Made by a program: the position numbers and the translations under genes
Origin: an uncultured Candidatus Saccharibacteria bacterium
GTDB taxonomy: Bacteria > Patescibacteriota > Minisyncoccia > Phycocordibacterales > GWA1-40-21
Reading direction: 5' to 3'
Length of the DNA stretch: 64,000 nt
NCBI GenBank assembly: GCA_964562105.1
Contig: CAZLRP010000002.1
Location: forward strand, 19,222 to 83,221
In this document: in pieces, positions 55,098 through 64,000 of the stretch
Position numbering within the stretch: position 1 is the stretch's first letter
Layout of the letters: the number at the start of each line of letters is the position of its first letter
Notes under the pieces: generated by a model
The model's database searches: none
What the model saw: only the letters and a program-made list of their open reading frames with translations
What the model was told of the DNA's origin: nothing

Positions 55098-57611
55098 TTA
55101 CTCCTTGTGATGTGAAGCGTTTATCATTCCACATTGCTTATATTTGTAAATGTTACCAGTATTCGGATTTATCGCCCCGCAAGGACAAGGATCATTTCTT
55201 CCAACTTCATTTTTATTTTTTACTGAAGCCACTGCAGAATTATCGGATTTCCCTTCTCCTCCAGCCATTTTCATACCTTTTTGGGTTTCTTTAAGTTTTT
55301 CTTCTTCGGCTTGAAATGCTCCTGCGCCAATATGTGGTAATAGACTTATTACTTGAGCATTTATAGCTACCTGCATTTCTTTAAACAAACTTAAGCCCTC
55401 TCTTTTATATTCCACGAGAGGATCTCTTTGCCCATAGCCTCGGAGATTTACTGAACCGCGAAGATAATCCATCATTTCAAGATGATCCACCCAAAACATA
55501 TCTATCGCTTGAAGCATTATTATTCTCGCAATTCTATAAAATTCCTCTTCTCCCAAAACAGAAATTTTTTCCGCGATTATTTTTCTAGAATTTTCGTCTT
55601 CTGCAATTTCCGCCAATTTTTCTTTAACTGCTTCCATTCCGCCGTTTAAAATCTTTCTTCTTCGCTCATATACAGTGATTCTTTGGAAATTTAGGACGTC
55701 ATCATATTCCAAAACATGTTTTCTGGCGTCAAAATTAAAACCTTCTATTTTAGTCTGCGCGCTTTCAAGAGATCTCGTAACAAGAGAATTTTCTATTGGT
55801 TGGTCTTCAGGAATGCCAAATCTATTCATCATTCTTTTGACGCTATCATTTGCAAAAATTCTCATCAAAGAATCTTCGAGAGAAACAAAAAAACGAGTTT
55901 CTCCGGGATCACCTTGTCTTCCGGATCTTCCGCGAAGCTGATTGTCTATTCTTCTTGCGTCATGCCTTTCTGTTCCAAAAACCGCCAACCCTCCGAGAGA
56001 TTTTACTTTTTCATATTCTTCTTTATTAAATTGCGCCCCTCCAAGCTTGATGTCTACTCCTCTTCCGGCCATATTTGTAGCTACGGTAACAGTTCCAAAT
56101 TTTCCCGCTTCTGCAACAATTTCTCCTTCCTTCTCGTGATTTTTAGCATTCAAAACATTATGAGGAACTCCTTCTCTTTTTAAAAATTCAGAGAGCACTT
56201 CGTTTTTTTCAATTGAAACAGTACCAATAAGCACCGGTTGTCCAGCCTTATTTTTTTCTTTTACCATTTTAGCCAGTGCTTTAAATTTTCCTTGTTCCGT
56301 TTGAAAAATTAAATCGTTAAGATCTTTTCTTTTGCTTGGCACATTTGTAGGAACAGGAATAGTGTCCATGTGATATACTTTAAAAAATTCTTCTGATGAG
56401 GTAAGAGCGGTTCCCGTCATACCAGAAAGTTTTTTATACATCCTGAAATAATTTTGGTATGTGATGGAAGCATAAGTTCTGGATTCCTTTTGAATTTTTA
56501 CTCCTTCTTTTGATTCAATGGCCTGATGAAGACCTTCGGACCATCTTCTTCCGGGCTGAAGTCTTCCTGTGAATTCATCCACTATGATTATTTCCCCTTC
56601 TTTTACGACATAATCTTTATTTATTTCATAAAGGGCTTTTGCTCGAGTGGCAGTTTCCAAATGATGGACATATCTGATTCCTCCCTCTGTATAAATATTT
56701 TCTACATCGAGAGATTTTTCGGCTTTATTTATTCCAGCATCTGTAAGCTGTATCGCTTTATGTTTTTCATCAACTGTATAATCAACATCCTTCACAAATT
56801 CTCTGACAATTTTTGTAAAAACATCATAAAGACTTCCGGAATCTGCTGATGGGGCTGAAATGATAAGCGGGGTTCTGGCTTCATCTATAAGTATGGAGTC
56901 AACTTCATCAACAATCGCAAAATTGTATCCTCTCTGCCTGAGATCATCAACATTGTATTCAATGTTGTCTCTCAAATAATCAAAACCGAATTCGCTATTT
57001 GTTCCATAAGTAATATCAGCCTTATATGCCTCTCTTCTTGAACATGGTTTTAAAAATTCGTGAATAACTTTAAAAGAACCCAGTTCATCTCTCTCTTCGT
57101 CTTTTTCAACATGTGTTGGATCATATAAAAATGAAGCTTCGTGATTTAAAATTCCAACAGATAAACCTAGTGCATTATAAATCTGGCCCATCCATGTAGC
57201 ATCTCTTCTTGAAAGATAATCATTTACCGTAACGATATGAACGCCATCTCCGCTTATGGCATTCAGATAAGCAGGCAAAGTAGCGACAAGAGTTTTTCCC
57301 TCCCCCGTCTTCATTTCTGAAATATTTCCTCTATGTAAAATAATTCCGCCTACAAGCTGAACATCAAAATGCCTTTGACCGAGAGTTCTTTTTGAAGCCT
57401 CACGAACAACGGCAAAGGCTTCCGGCAAAATTGAATCCGTGCTTTCTCCTTTCTCTAATCTGGCTTTAAATTCTAATGTTTTATTTTTAAGTTGCTCATT
57501 GGTAAGCACCTTCAAACTAGCCTCAATAGAGCCAATATTCTTGACAATTGGTTCTAAAATCTTTATAAATTTGGAGTGTCTATTTCCAAAAATTTTGCTT
57601 AAAAATGACAT
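55098..57611 (-). CDS. secA: Preprotein translocase SecA
   Basis: EMKTGEGKT, VDEVDSILIDEARTPLIIS, ATNMAGRG, QLRGRSGRQGDPG, GRNDPCPCG; start MSFLSKIFG. Confidence 0.98.
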   Translation of the reverse strand: MSFLSKIFGNRHSKFIKILEPIVKNIGSIEASLKVLTNEQLKNKTLEFKARLEKGESTDSILPEAFAVVREASKRTLGQRHFDVQLVGGIILHRGNISEMKTGEGKTLVATLPAYLNAISGDGVHIVTVNDYLSRRDATWMGQIYNALGLSVGILNHEASFLYDPTHVEKDEERDELGSFKVIHEFLKPCSRREAYKADITYGTNSEFGFDYLRDNIEYNVDDLRQRGYNFAIVDEVDSILIDEARTPLIISAPSADSGSLYDVFTKIVREFVKDVDYTVDEKHKAIQLTDAGINKAEKSLDVENIYTEGGIRYVHHLETATRAKALYEINKDYVVKEGEIIIVDEFTGRLQPGRRWSEGLHQAIESKEGVKIQKESRTYASITYQNYFRMYKKLSGMTGTALTSSEEFFKVYHMDTIPVPTNVPSKRKDLNDLIFQTEQGKFKALAKMVKEKNKAGQPVLIGTVSIEKNEVLSEFLKREGVPHNVLNAKNHEKEGEIVAEAGKFGTVTVATNMAGRGVDIKLGGAQFNKEEYEKVKSLGGLAVFGTERHDARRIDNQLRGRSGRQGDPGETRFFVSLEDSLMRIFANDSVKRMMNRFGIPEDQPIENSLVTRSLESAQTKIEGFNFDARKHVLEYDDVLNFQRITVYERRRKILNGGMEAVKEKLAEIAEDENSRKIIAEKISVLGEEEFYRIARIIMLQAIDMFWVDHLEMMDYLRGSVNLRGYGQRDPLVEYKREGLSLFKEMQVAINAQVISLLPHIGAGAFQAEEEKLKETQKGMKMAGGEGKSDNSAVASVKNKNEVGRNDPCPCGAINPNTGNIYKYKQCGMINASHHKE

Positions 57612-57732
57612 CCCGTACGAAATAGGACGCGGACAAAGATATCTCTCTGCCAACCTTCTACTTCAAAATTAACTAATAAAATTAACTCTTTTTACCCGGT
57701 TCCGAATTTCGCGTCCGCGATTTCGTACGGGA
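57611..57732 (-). repeat. Long hairpin between promoter and secA start
   Basis: TCCCGTACGAAAT..GGACGCG / CGCGTCC..ATTTCGTACGGGA; last base is the A of the ATG. Confidence 0.8.
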
Positions 57733-57958
57733 CAATAAAATACATAATAGCATAAATTAAATAATATAAAACGGCGCGTCCAAAGGACGCGCCGTTTCAA
57801 GAAAGTTAACGGAGATTGGTCTTCAAAGCTGTAACCTGCCTGCGCAAGCAGGTCAGCTAAGAAAAGCAAGTTGTGTTTAGTATTTGTGGTGACAAATTCA
57901 TATACCGTAAAGAAAATCTGACATTTTAAAACCGCCCTAAAGCGGTTTTAAAATTTTC

Positions 57959-58015
57959 TTATCTTCGCTTCTTTGATTTCTTTGCTTTCTTCTTTGCTTT
58001 CTTTTTCTTTGCCAT
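57959..58015 (-). CDS. 18-aa lysine-rich micropeptide MAKKKKAKKKAKKSKKRR
   Basis: ATG..TAA ORF after an A-rich run; followed by hairpin TTTTAAAACCGC/GCGGTTTTAAAA. Confidence 0.65.
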   Translation of the reverse strand: MAKKKKAKKKAKKSKKRR

Positions 58016-58407
58016 TTTTTTGTGTTCCGGATCAAGGAGACTCGTACAATGTAATCCGGAAAAATTATTTTGTTTCTAAATAGTAGTTTATCGACAAAAG
58101 TTTTAAAAAACTTTAAACCTACTGCTACCTATAATTTTACAACTAATTAAAATTAATACAATAGTTTTTGAGCTGTTGATAACTTTTTTTAAAAATATTT
58201 TTCTAAATATTTTTTACCTCGGCACTATTTTTAAAAATAATTTCAAATTTATAAGTCCATTCTTATTATTTACCTCACAAAAAGCATTTTATTCATTAAA
58301 TTACACGAAACAAAAAACGATTTCGCTTTGCGAAATCGTTTTTTGTATTTTTATTTACCTGAAAACCTTGTAAAGAATTTTGACTTAAAAAAATAATACT
58401 TTTTATT

Positions 58408-60516
58408 TTAATCTCCATTCAAGATATTTTTTATAATCGTTTCTCCCTGCGTTTTAAAACTTGGATTTATATTTATTGCTTTTTGCACTTCAGCTATAGC
58501 AGAACCTTTGTCTCCTTTTTGCACAAAAATCTGCGCATTTATAAGATAAGCTCTAACAATGTTTTGGTCCGTGGTCGTAGCGCTTCCTATAAGCTGTAAT
58601 GCTTTAGATTCTTGATTATTTACGATAAGCGCAGCGGCGTAACTCATTCTTCCGTCAACATACTCCGGAACTAAATCATACGCGGTTTTAGCCATTTGAA
58701 GAGCTTCTGTTTTTTGTCCTAAGTAAGCATAACATCTCGCGAGTTCAAACATCATGGTTAATTTATTGGGAGAAAGTTCTACTGCTTTTTGAAGATAAGG
58801 CAAAGCTGTCTCATATTGACCCATATTTTCCAAAAAGATTCCCATAAAAAATTGATATCGCGCATCATTAGGAGTTTGTTTTAGTTGTTCCTGCATTTCT
58901 GCATAAGCAAGATCTGCAAATTCTTGCCTGATTTTTATATCTATACTGGTAGCAGACACGATAGACGGAACAACATTGATTAATTGTTCCCTTGCTTCCG
59001 AACTCCCGAAAGTATTTGCAGAAAAAACTTTCTTATAATAAGTTAAGGATGTTTCTGGGGACTGATTAAGAGATCCCAGAGCTTTTATAAGATTTTTATT
59101 CGCATTTATCGGCTTAATATTGCAATACCAAAGCATCGCTCCCAAGACTATAACAGCAATTGGGATAACGACATAGTTTGCAATATCGTCTGTTATTATT
59201 CTCTTATCGGTAGAGTCTTCTTTCGTATCTCTCGAATAAAGATATGCAAGAACCACATAAAAAAATATGTAGCTTATCAAATTATCAAACACAAAAAGGC
59301 TCTGTGCAAAATATGCCGCAAGCAATCCTACAATTAAACCAACTTCAGTAACTCCAAAACCATTTTTCTTTCTTTTAACAACAAATAAAGAAGAAATAAA
59401 AATTGAAAGATATGTTATAAGTCCAAGAGCTCCTCCTGCAACAAGCACATCTAAAGGAGTACTGTGTGCTCTGTCAAACCATTGTTCTTGATTATACATT
59501 CTATAATCATAATATTTATTAAACACATTATTGAATCCTTCGTTTCCCCAACCCAATATTGGTCTTTCTTGAAAACCTTTCAAAGCCATTGGCCATACAT
59601 ATTGTCTAGCCTGACCTTGTCCGTTGACGTCCTTCCATGAAATTGCCGCTAACCTGCTTAAAGTAACATTGTTTTTTACAAACTGAGTATTTTTTACCGC
59701 AAAGAATCCTCCTATAAGCAAAGCGATAACAACAAGTGTACCTATGGAGCATTTTTTTATTAATTTGTTTTTATTTTCAAATATAGCGATTATTGTTGCC
59801 GTTACTATCAAACCTCCAAGCAAGCCTAGTATTACCCCTCTAGTAGATGTTCTCCATATACCAAAAAAATAAATAAAAGTAGCTACAGAATATGCATAAG
59901 TAAGCCAATTACTAAAAATAGTTTCTACTGGTTTTGCCTCATTTTCACTTTTTGCTATGACATCTTTATATAGAAGAATTAAAGCAAAGAAAAAATTAAA
60001 CATAAAAAACACAGCGACATAAATGGGATTGCCAAGAGTCACTGAAACTCTGGATGTTCCCGTTTTATTCCATTCCTGTATAACAGGTATTATCATAATA
60101 ATACTTGTAATAACTGATGATCTGAAAAACCAAAGCCAGATTTTTTCTGTTTTCATTACAGAACCAAATACAAGCAAATACATAATTAAATGCAGGAGAG
60201 TAATAAAACCATCCATTCTTTCAAAATTGCTCCAAATCGCTTTTGCTGGATTTACGGCAAAAATATCGGCTATAGCCATGATTAGAACAAATGCTCCTAC
60301 AGAAACCGCTACCCAAGAAAACTTCGGCCTATATTTCGCATCTACAAAAGCCAAATAAACCCAAAGCGCAAAAATAATTTCTATTATTATTCTAAATACA
60401 AAATTTTTCCCTGTAATATACGGAAAGAACATACTTTGCGCCACAAAGAAAGGAATGAGAAGAATTGCCCAAAGACCCGTCATTATTGTCCATTTTAATA
60501 TACTATTTTTGTTCAT
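58408..60516 (-). CDS. O-antigen-ligase (Wzy_C) family membrane protein with C-terminal TPRs
   Basis: Many TMs, TLGNP, TSTRG, RPILGWG, DRAHS, TPR-like helices. Confidence 0.88.
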   Translation of the reverse strand: MNKNSILKWTIMTGLWAILLIPFFVAQSMFFPYITGKNFVFRIIIEIIFALWVYLAFVDAKYRPKFSWVAVSVGAFVLIMAIADIFAVNPAKAIWSNFERMDGFITLLHLIMYLLVFGSVMKTEKIWLWFFRSSVITSIIMIIPVIQEWNKTGTSRVSVTLGNPIYVAVFFMFNFFFALILLYKDVIAKSENEAKPVETIFSNWLTYAYSVATFIYFFGIWRTSTRGVILGLLGGLIVTATIIAIFENKNKLIKKCSIGTLVVIALLIGGFFAVKNTQFVKNNVTLSRLAAISWKDVNGQGQARQYVWPMALKGFQERPILGWGNEGFNNVFNKYYDYRMYNQEQWFDRAHSTPLDVLVAGGALGLITYLSIFISSLFVVKRKKNGFGVTEVGLIVGLLAAYFAQSLFVFDNLISYIFFYVVLAYLYSRDTKEDSTDKRIITDDIANYVVIPIAVIVLGAMLWYCNIKPINANKNLIKALGSLNQSPETSLTYYKKVFSANTFGSSEAREQLINVVPSIVSATSIDIKIRQEFADLAYAEMQEQLKQTPNDARYQFFMGIFLENMGQYETALPYLQKAVELSPNKLTMMFELARCYAYLGQKTEALQMAKTAYDLVPEYVDGRMSYAAALIVNNQESKALQLIGSATTTDQNIVRAYLINAQIFVQKGDKGSAIAEVQKAININPSFKTQGETIIKNILNGD

Positions 60517-60625
60517 TGATTGATTTATATTAATTTTTAATACCTGCGATTATAGCATAAAAGACGATAAGTAACTATTTAATCGGCAGGTTTTATTTTT
60601 CATTTAAAAATGCTAGTATGAGGGA

Positions 60626-61666
60626 ATGAAAAAAATAAAAAAGGCCCTTATAACAGGAATTACAGGCCAAGATGGCTCTTATTTAGCTGAACTCTTACTA
60701 GAAAAAGGATACGATGTGCATGGAATAATCAGAAGAAGTTCATCTTTTAATACATCAAGAATAGACCATATCTACAAAGATCTTCATATTAAAGGAAATA
60801 AACTATTTTTACATTTTGGAGATCTTTCCGATTCAAGTAATATATCCAGGCTTATAGAAAAAATTAAACCGGACGAAATATATAACCTCGGCGCTCAAAG
60901 CCACGTAAGAGTAAGTTTTGATATACCGGAATATACGGCAGATGTTGTTGGACTTGGCGCTCTTAGAATCCTAGACGCCATAAAAGACACCAGGATAAAA
61001 ACAAAATTCTATCAAGCTTCTTCTTCCGAAATGTTTGGTGAAGTTGAAGAAATTCCACAAAAAGAAACTACCCCATTCCACCCCCGTTCGCCTTATGGCT
61101 GTGCGAAAGTTTTTGCTTATTGGATAACAAGAAATTACAGAGAAAGCTACGGAATATTTGCTTGCAATGGAATTCTTTTCAACCATGAGGGTCCGAGAAG
61201 AGGTTCAACTTTTGTAACCAAAAAAATTACCGAGGGTCTAGTTAAAATAAAACTAGGAAAACAGGACAGACTTTACCTTGGAAATCTTGAAGCAAAAAGA
61301 GATTGGGGTCATGCCAAAGATTATGTGGAAGGAATGTGGCTTATGATGCAAGCGAAAAAACCTGGAGATTATATTTTGGCAACAAATGAAACGCATAGTG
61401 TAAGAGAATTTATTGAAGAATCAGCCAAAGTGCTTGGTATGGATATAAAATGGACAGGTTCCGGAGTAAACGAAAAAGGAATTGATAAAAAAACCGGAAA
61501 AACAATCATAGAAATAGACCCTAAATATTTCAGGCCTGCGGAAGTAGATTTACTTCTCGGAGATAATTCCAAAGCCAAAAAAGAGCTTGGCTGGAAACCA
61601 AAAACGTCTTTTAAAGAATTGGTCAAATCGATGGTTGAATCGGACTTAAAAAAAGAAAGAAAGTAA
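60626..61666 (+). CDS. gmd: GDP-mannose 4,6-dehydratase
   Basis: [50 protein letters not shown]. Confidence 0.98.
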   Translation: MKKIKKALITGITGQDGSYLAELLLEKGYDVHGIIRRSSSFNTSRIDHIYKDLHIKGNKLFLHFGDLSDSSNISRLIEKIKPDEIYNLGAQSHVRVSFDIPEYTADVVGLGALRILDAIKDTRIKTKFYQASSSEMFGEVEEIPQKETTPFHPRSPYGCAKVFAYWITRNYRESYGIFACNGILFNHEGPRRGSTFVTKKITEGLVKIKLGKQDRLYLGNLEAKRDWGHAKDYVEGMWLMMQAKKPGDYILATNETHSVREFIEESAKVLGMDIKWTGSGVNEKGIDKKTGKTIIEIDPKYFRPAEVDLLLGDNSKAKKELGWKPKTSFKELVKSMVESDLKKERK

Positions 61667-61669
61667 ATT

Positions 61670-62152
61670 ATGAAAACCGAAAAAGATTTGGCTCCTAGAA
61701 AAATATACAAAATATTGATGAAAAATGGTCCAATTAGTTGTGTAGATGTGGTTTTTTTAAACAAGAAAAAAGATAAGATTCTTCTTTTTAAAAGGAATAA
61801 CGATCCGGTAAAAGGAATATATTATACGACAGGCGGACGTTTACTTAAGGAGGAGACACTCCTTGAATGCGCTGTGAGACAAGCAAAGCGTGAGGCTGGT
61901 CTTATTATTAATCCCAAAAAAGTTACTTTCGCAGGAATTATACAAGAGAATAATGAAAGTTCAATTTTTAAAGGAATATCATACCATGGCGTTGTTATTT
62001 TTTATGGTTACATTTTGAAAAATAAAAATGTAAAAATAAAACTGGATGAACAGCACAGTGATTGCAAATGGTTTAGCATCAAAGATAAAAGTATACATCC
62101 AAAAGTCAGGGAAAGAATAAAACAGGTATTATTAGCTTTTAATAAAAAATGA
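61670..62152 (+). CDS. GDP-mannose mannosyl hydrolase-like NUDIX protein
   Basis: P..CVD....LLFKR.N.P.KG....GGRL.K.ETL; DEQH; located between gmd and fcl. Confidence 0.8.
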   Translation: MKTEKDLAPRKIYKILMKNGPISCVDVVFLNKKKDKILLFKRNNDPVKGIYYTTGGRLLKEETLLECAVRQAKREAGLIINPKKVTFAGIIQENNESSIFKGISYHGVVIFYGYILKNKNVKIKLDEQHSDCKWFSIKDKSIHPKVRERIKQVLLAFNKK

Positions 62153-62153
62153 T

Positions 62154-63101
62154 ATGCCCAAAAAAACGGATTTAAAAAATAAGAAAATATTGGTCACAGG
62201 GGGAGCCGGATTCCTCGGTTCGTTTGTTGTGGAAAAACTTTTGGCAGAAGGAATACCAGCAAAAAATATTTTTGTGCCAAGGTCATGTGACTATGATTTG
62301 AAGAAACTGGAACATGCCCAAAAGGTTTTGGAAGATATGCATGTTGTTATACATCTTGCAGCCAAAGTCGGCGGGATCGGCTTCAATCGAGAGCATCCGG
62401 GACAACTTTATTATGACAATTTAATCATGGGCGCCCAACTTATGGAAGAAGCCAGAAAACAAAAAATAGAAAAATTTGTTGCCATTGGTACAATATGTGC
62501 TTATCCAAAATTCACCCCTACTCCATTCAAAGAAGAAGATTTGTGGATTGGATATCCTGAAGAAACAAATGCTCCGTATGGCCTTGCTAAAAAAATGATG
62601 CTTGTGCAGTCTCAAGCGTATAGGAATGAGTATGGTTTTAATTCAATATACTTATTGCCGGTAAACCTATACGGGCCAAGAGATAATTTTAATCCGAACT
62701 CAAGCCATGTAATCCCCGCTCTTATTAAAAAAGTCATAGAAGCAAAAGAAAAAAATGCTCCATATGTAGAAGTTTGGGGCACAGGAAAAGCAACAAGAGA
62801 ATTTTTATACGTGGAAGACGCGGCAGAAGCGATTGTATTGGCTACAAAAAAATATGATGGGCATGAACCAGTTAATATTGGTTCTGGAATGGAAATTTCC
62901 ATAAAAAATCTAATCAAAATAATCTGCGAAATAGTCGGTTATAAAGGGAAAATAAAATGGGATATAACCAAGCCAGACGGTCAGCCAAAACGAAAACTAC
63001 ATGTGGGACGAGCAAAAAAAGAATTCGGCTTCAAAGCAAAAACAAATTTTAAAAAAGGCTTGAAAAAAACTATTGAGTGGTATCTGGCAAATAGAAAATA
63101 A
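62154..63101 (+). CDS. fcl: GDP-L-fucose synthase
   Basis: [50 protein letters not shown]. Confidence 0.96.
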   Translation: MPKKTDLKNKKILVTGGAGFLGSFVVEKLLAEGIPAKNIFVPRSCDYDLKKLEHAQKVLEDMHVVIHLAAKVGGIGFNREHPGQLYYDNLIMGAQLMEEARKQKIEKFVAIGTICAYPKFTPTPFKEEDLWIGYPEETNAPYGLAKKMMLVQSQAYRNEYGFNSIYLLPVNLYGPRDNFNPNSSHVIPALIKKVIEAKEKNAPYVEVWGTGKATREFLYVEDAAEAIVLATKKYDGHEPVNIGSGMEISIKNLIKIICEIVGYKGKIKWDITKPDGQPKRKLHVGRAKKEFGFKAKTNFKKGLKKTIEWYLANRK

Positions 63102-63123
63102 AAATTCCGTTTATTTCATTTCA

Positions 63124-63780
63124 TTAGGTTTGACCTGAGGTTCCATTTAATAATGCTGTTAATTGTTTAATATTGTTCAGATAAGGTATTTGTCCTCTTC
63201 TTGCGGCTTCCCCATCTTTGTCATCCCTATCGCCTATCACTAAACATTCTTCAGGTAATAACTCCATTTTTTCACAAGCTAAAATTAAACCCTTAGGATT
63301 TGGTTTGAAAGCATTTACTTCTGGATCTGTAGAACAAATTTTTACATCGGCGGTCAAACCCAAAGCAACAAGTTTTTGATCTATCGGATAATCTGAAACA
63401 ACAGCAATTTTTAAATTAATTTTTCTTAATAACTTAAATATATTTAATACATTGGAATACCTGCATATTTTCATATAACGTATGGGTCTATTTAAAATCC
63501 ACTTTTCAATGATAGAGCGAACTTCTTCTGTAGGAAGGTTTAAATAATCAGCAGTTATTTGATACTGTGTTTTCTCCAATTCAAGAGAACTGTCTGCTTC
63601 ATACCTTTTTTTACGAAAATAATAAATGATTCTCAAATCATTTATTCTAAGCGGATGAATCAAATAATACGTGAAGATATCAAAAAACATGCAAATATGC
63701 ATCTTCAATTGACTGTAAAGAGTTCCATCAAGATCAAAGATTATTCCTTTTATATCTTTTACATTTATTTGATGGTTCAT
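63124..63780 (-). CDS. HAD-family hydrolase
   Basis: FDLDGTL, KPNP, IGDR..DG. Confidence 0.9.
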   Translation of the reverse strand: MNHQINVKDIKGIIFDLDGTLYSQLKMHICMFFDIFTYYLIHPLRINDLRIIYYFRKKRYEADSSLELEKTQYQITADYLNLPTEEVRSIIEKWILNRPIRYMKICRYSNVLNIFKLLRKINLKIAVVSDYPIDQKLVALGLTADVKICSTDPEVNAFKPNPKGLILACEKMELLPEECLVIGDRDDKDGEAARRGQIPYLNNIKQLTALLNGTSGQT

Positions 63781-63785
63781 AAAAA

Positions 63786-64000
63786 TTAATTTAAAAACCA
63801 GTGGAAAATTGGAAAATCAACCAATAACAAAAAAATGACAACACAGATAACAAAAGTAAGATAAAACATAAAATTTTTCTCCTTGAATAACTCCTCTGGT
63901 CTTTGTGCAACAGAATTTTCATTCATTCCGATTTTTAAATACCATGTAAAAAGAAGCGCAAAAAGCGGAAAACTGACCACAAAACCAATTCTATGCTTGA
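63786..64000 (-). CDS. 3' end of a membrane protein, possibly UbiA-family prenyltransferase; truncated by the right edge
   Basis: Open frame from the window edge; FPLFALLFTWY...AQRPEELFKE plus terminal TM. Confidence 0.55.
   Translation of the reverse strand, partial: KHRIGFVVSFPLFALLFTWYLKIGMNENSVAQRPEELFKEKNFMFYLTFVICVVIFLLLVDFPIFHWFLN

Noticed and set aside
57612-57653. N-terminal extension of SecA (MAERYLCPRPISYG)
   Set aside because: It is translated hairpin sequence; MSFLSKIFG is a typical SecA start
1-64000. Alternative genetic code 25, prophage or autonomous IS
   Set aside because: TGA acts as stop (pheS, prfA, MYG1) and long genes are intact in code 11; no phage, integrase or transposase motifs seen

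Overview
AT-rich bacterial chromosome segment (standard code 11) with the gene content and streamlined protein forms typical of Patescibacteria/CPR, probably Parcubacteria (inferred from short PheS/PheT/EF-Ts, a NusB-NUDIX fusion and a shortened SMC). It is mostly housekeeping: translation (rpsP, trmD, rpmF, thrS, pheST, tsf, rpsB, prfA, rpmE, rplY, gatB, obgE, tRNA-Thr), replication and RNA processing (dnaE, gyrB, smc, rnr, rnc, rnhB), central carbon (xfp, class I fba, rpe, rpiB), envelope (mraY, asnB, VanX-like, sortase, gmd-gmm-fcl) and secA. No CRISPR array, prophage, transposase or reverse transcriptase was seen. The unusual signal is between and inside the genes: (1) housekeeping genes look leaderless or SD-less, while eight orphan genes sit in self-contained cassettes with -35/-10 promoter, strong Shine-Dalgarno and terminator; (2) several families of long hairpins lie between promoters and start codons, one with covarying stems; (3) palindromes and short tandem arrays are inserted in frame in RNase R, AsnB, PheT, ObgE, TrmD and DnaE; (4) a four-helix-bundle gene and a Cas2/PaaX-like gene are each bracketed by inverted repeats; (5) tRNA-Thr is followed by inverted and direct copies of its own 3' end; (6) thrS has a compact T-box; (7) there is a probable remote DGR target and an uncalled 18-aa basic peptide. 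All assignments come from reading motifs by eye; no database search was run.
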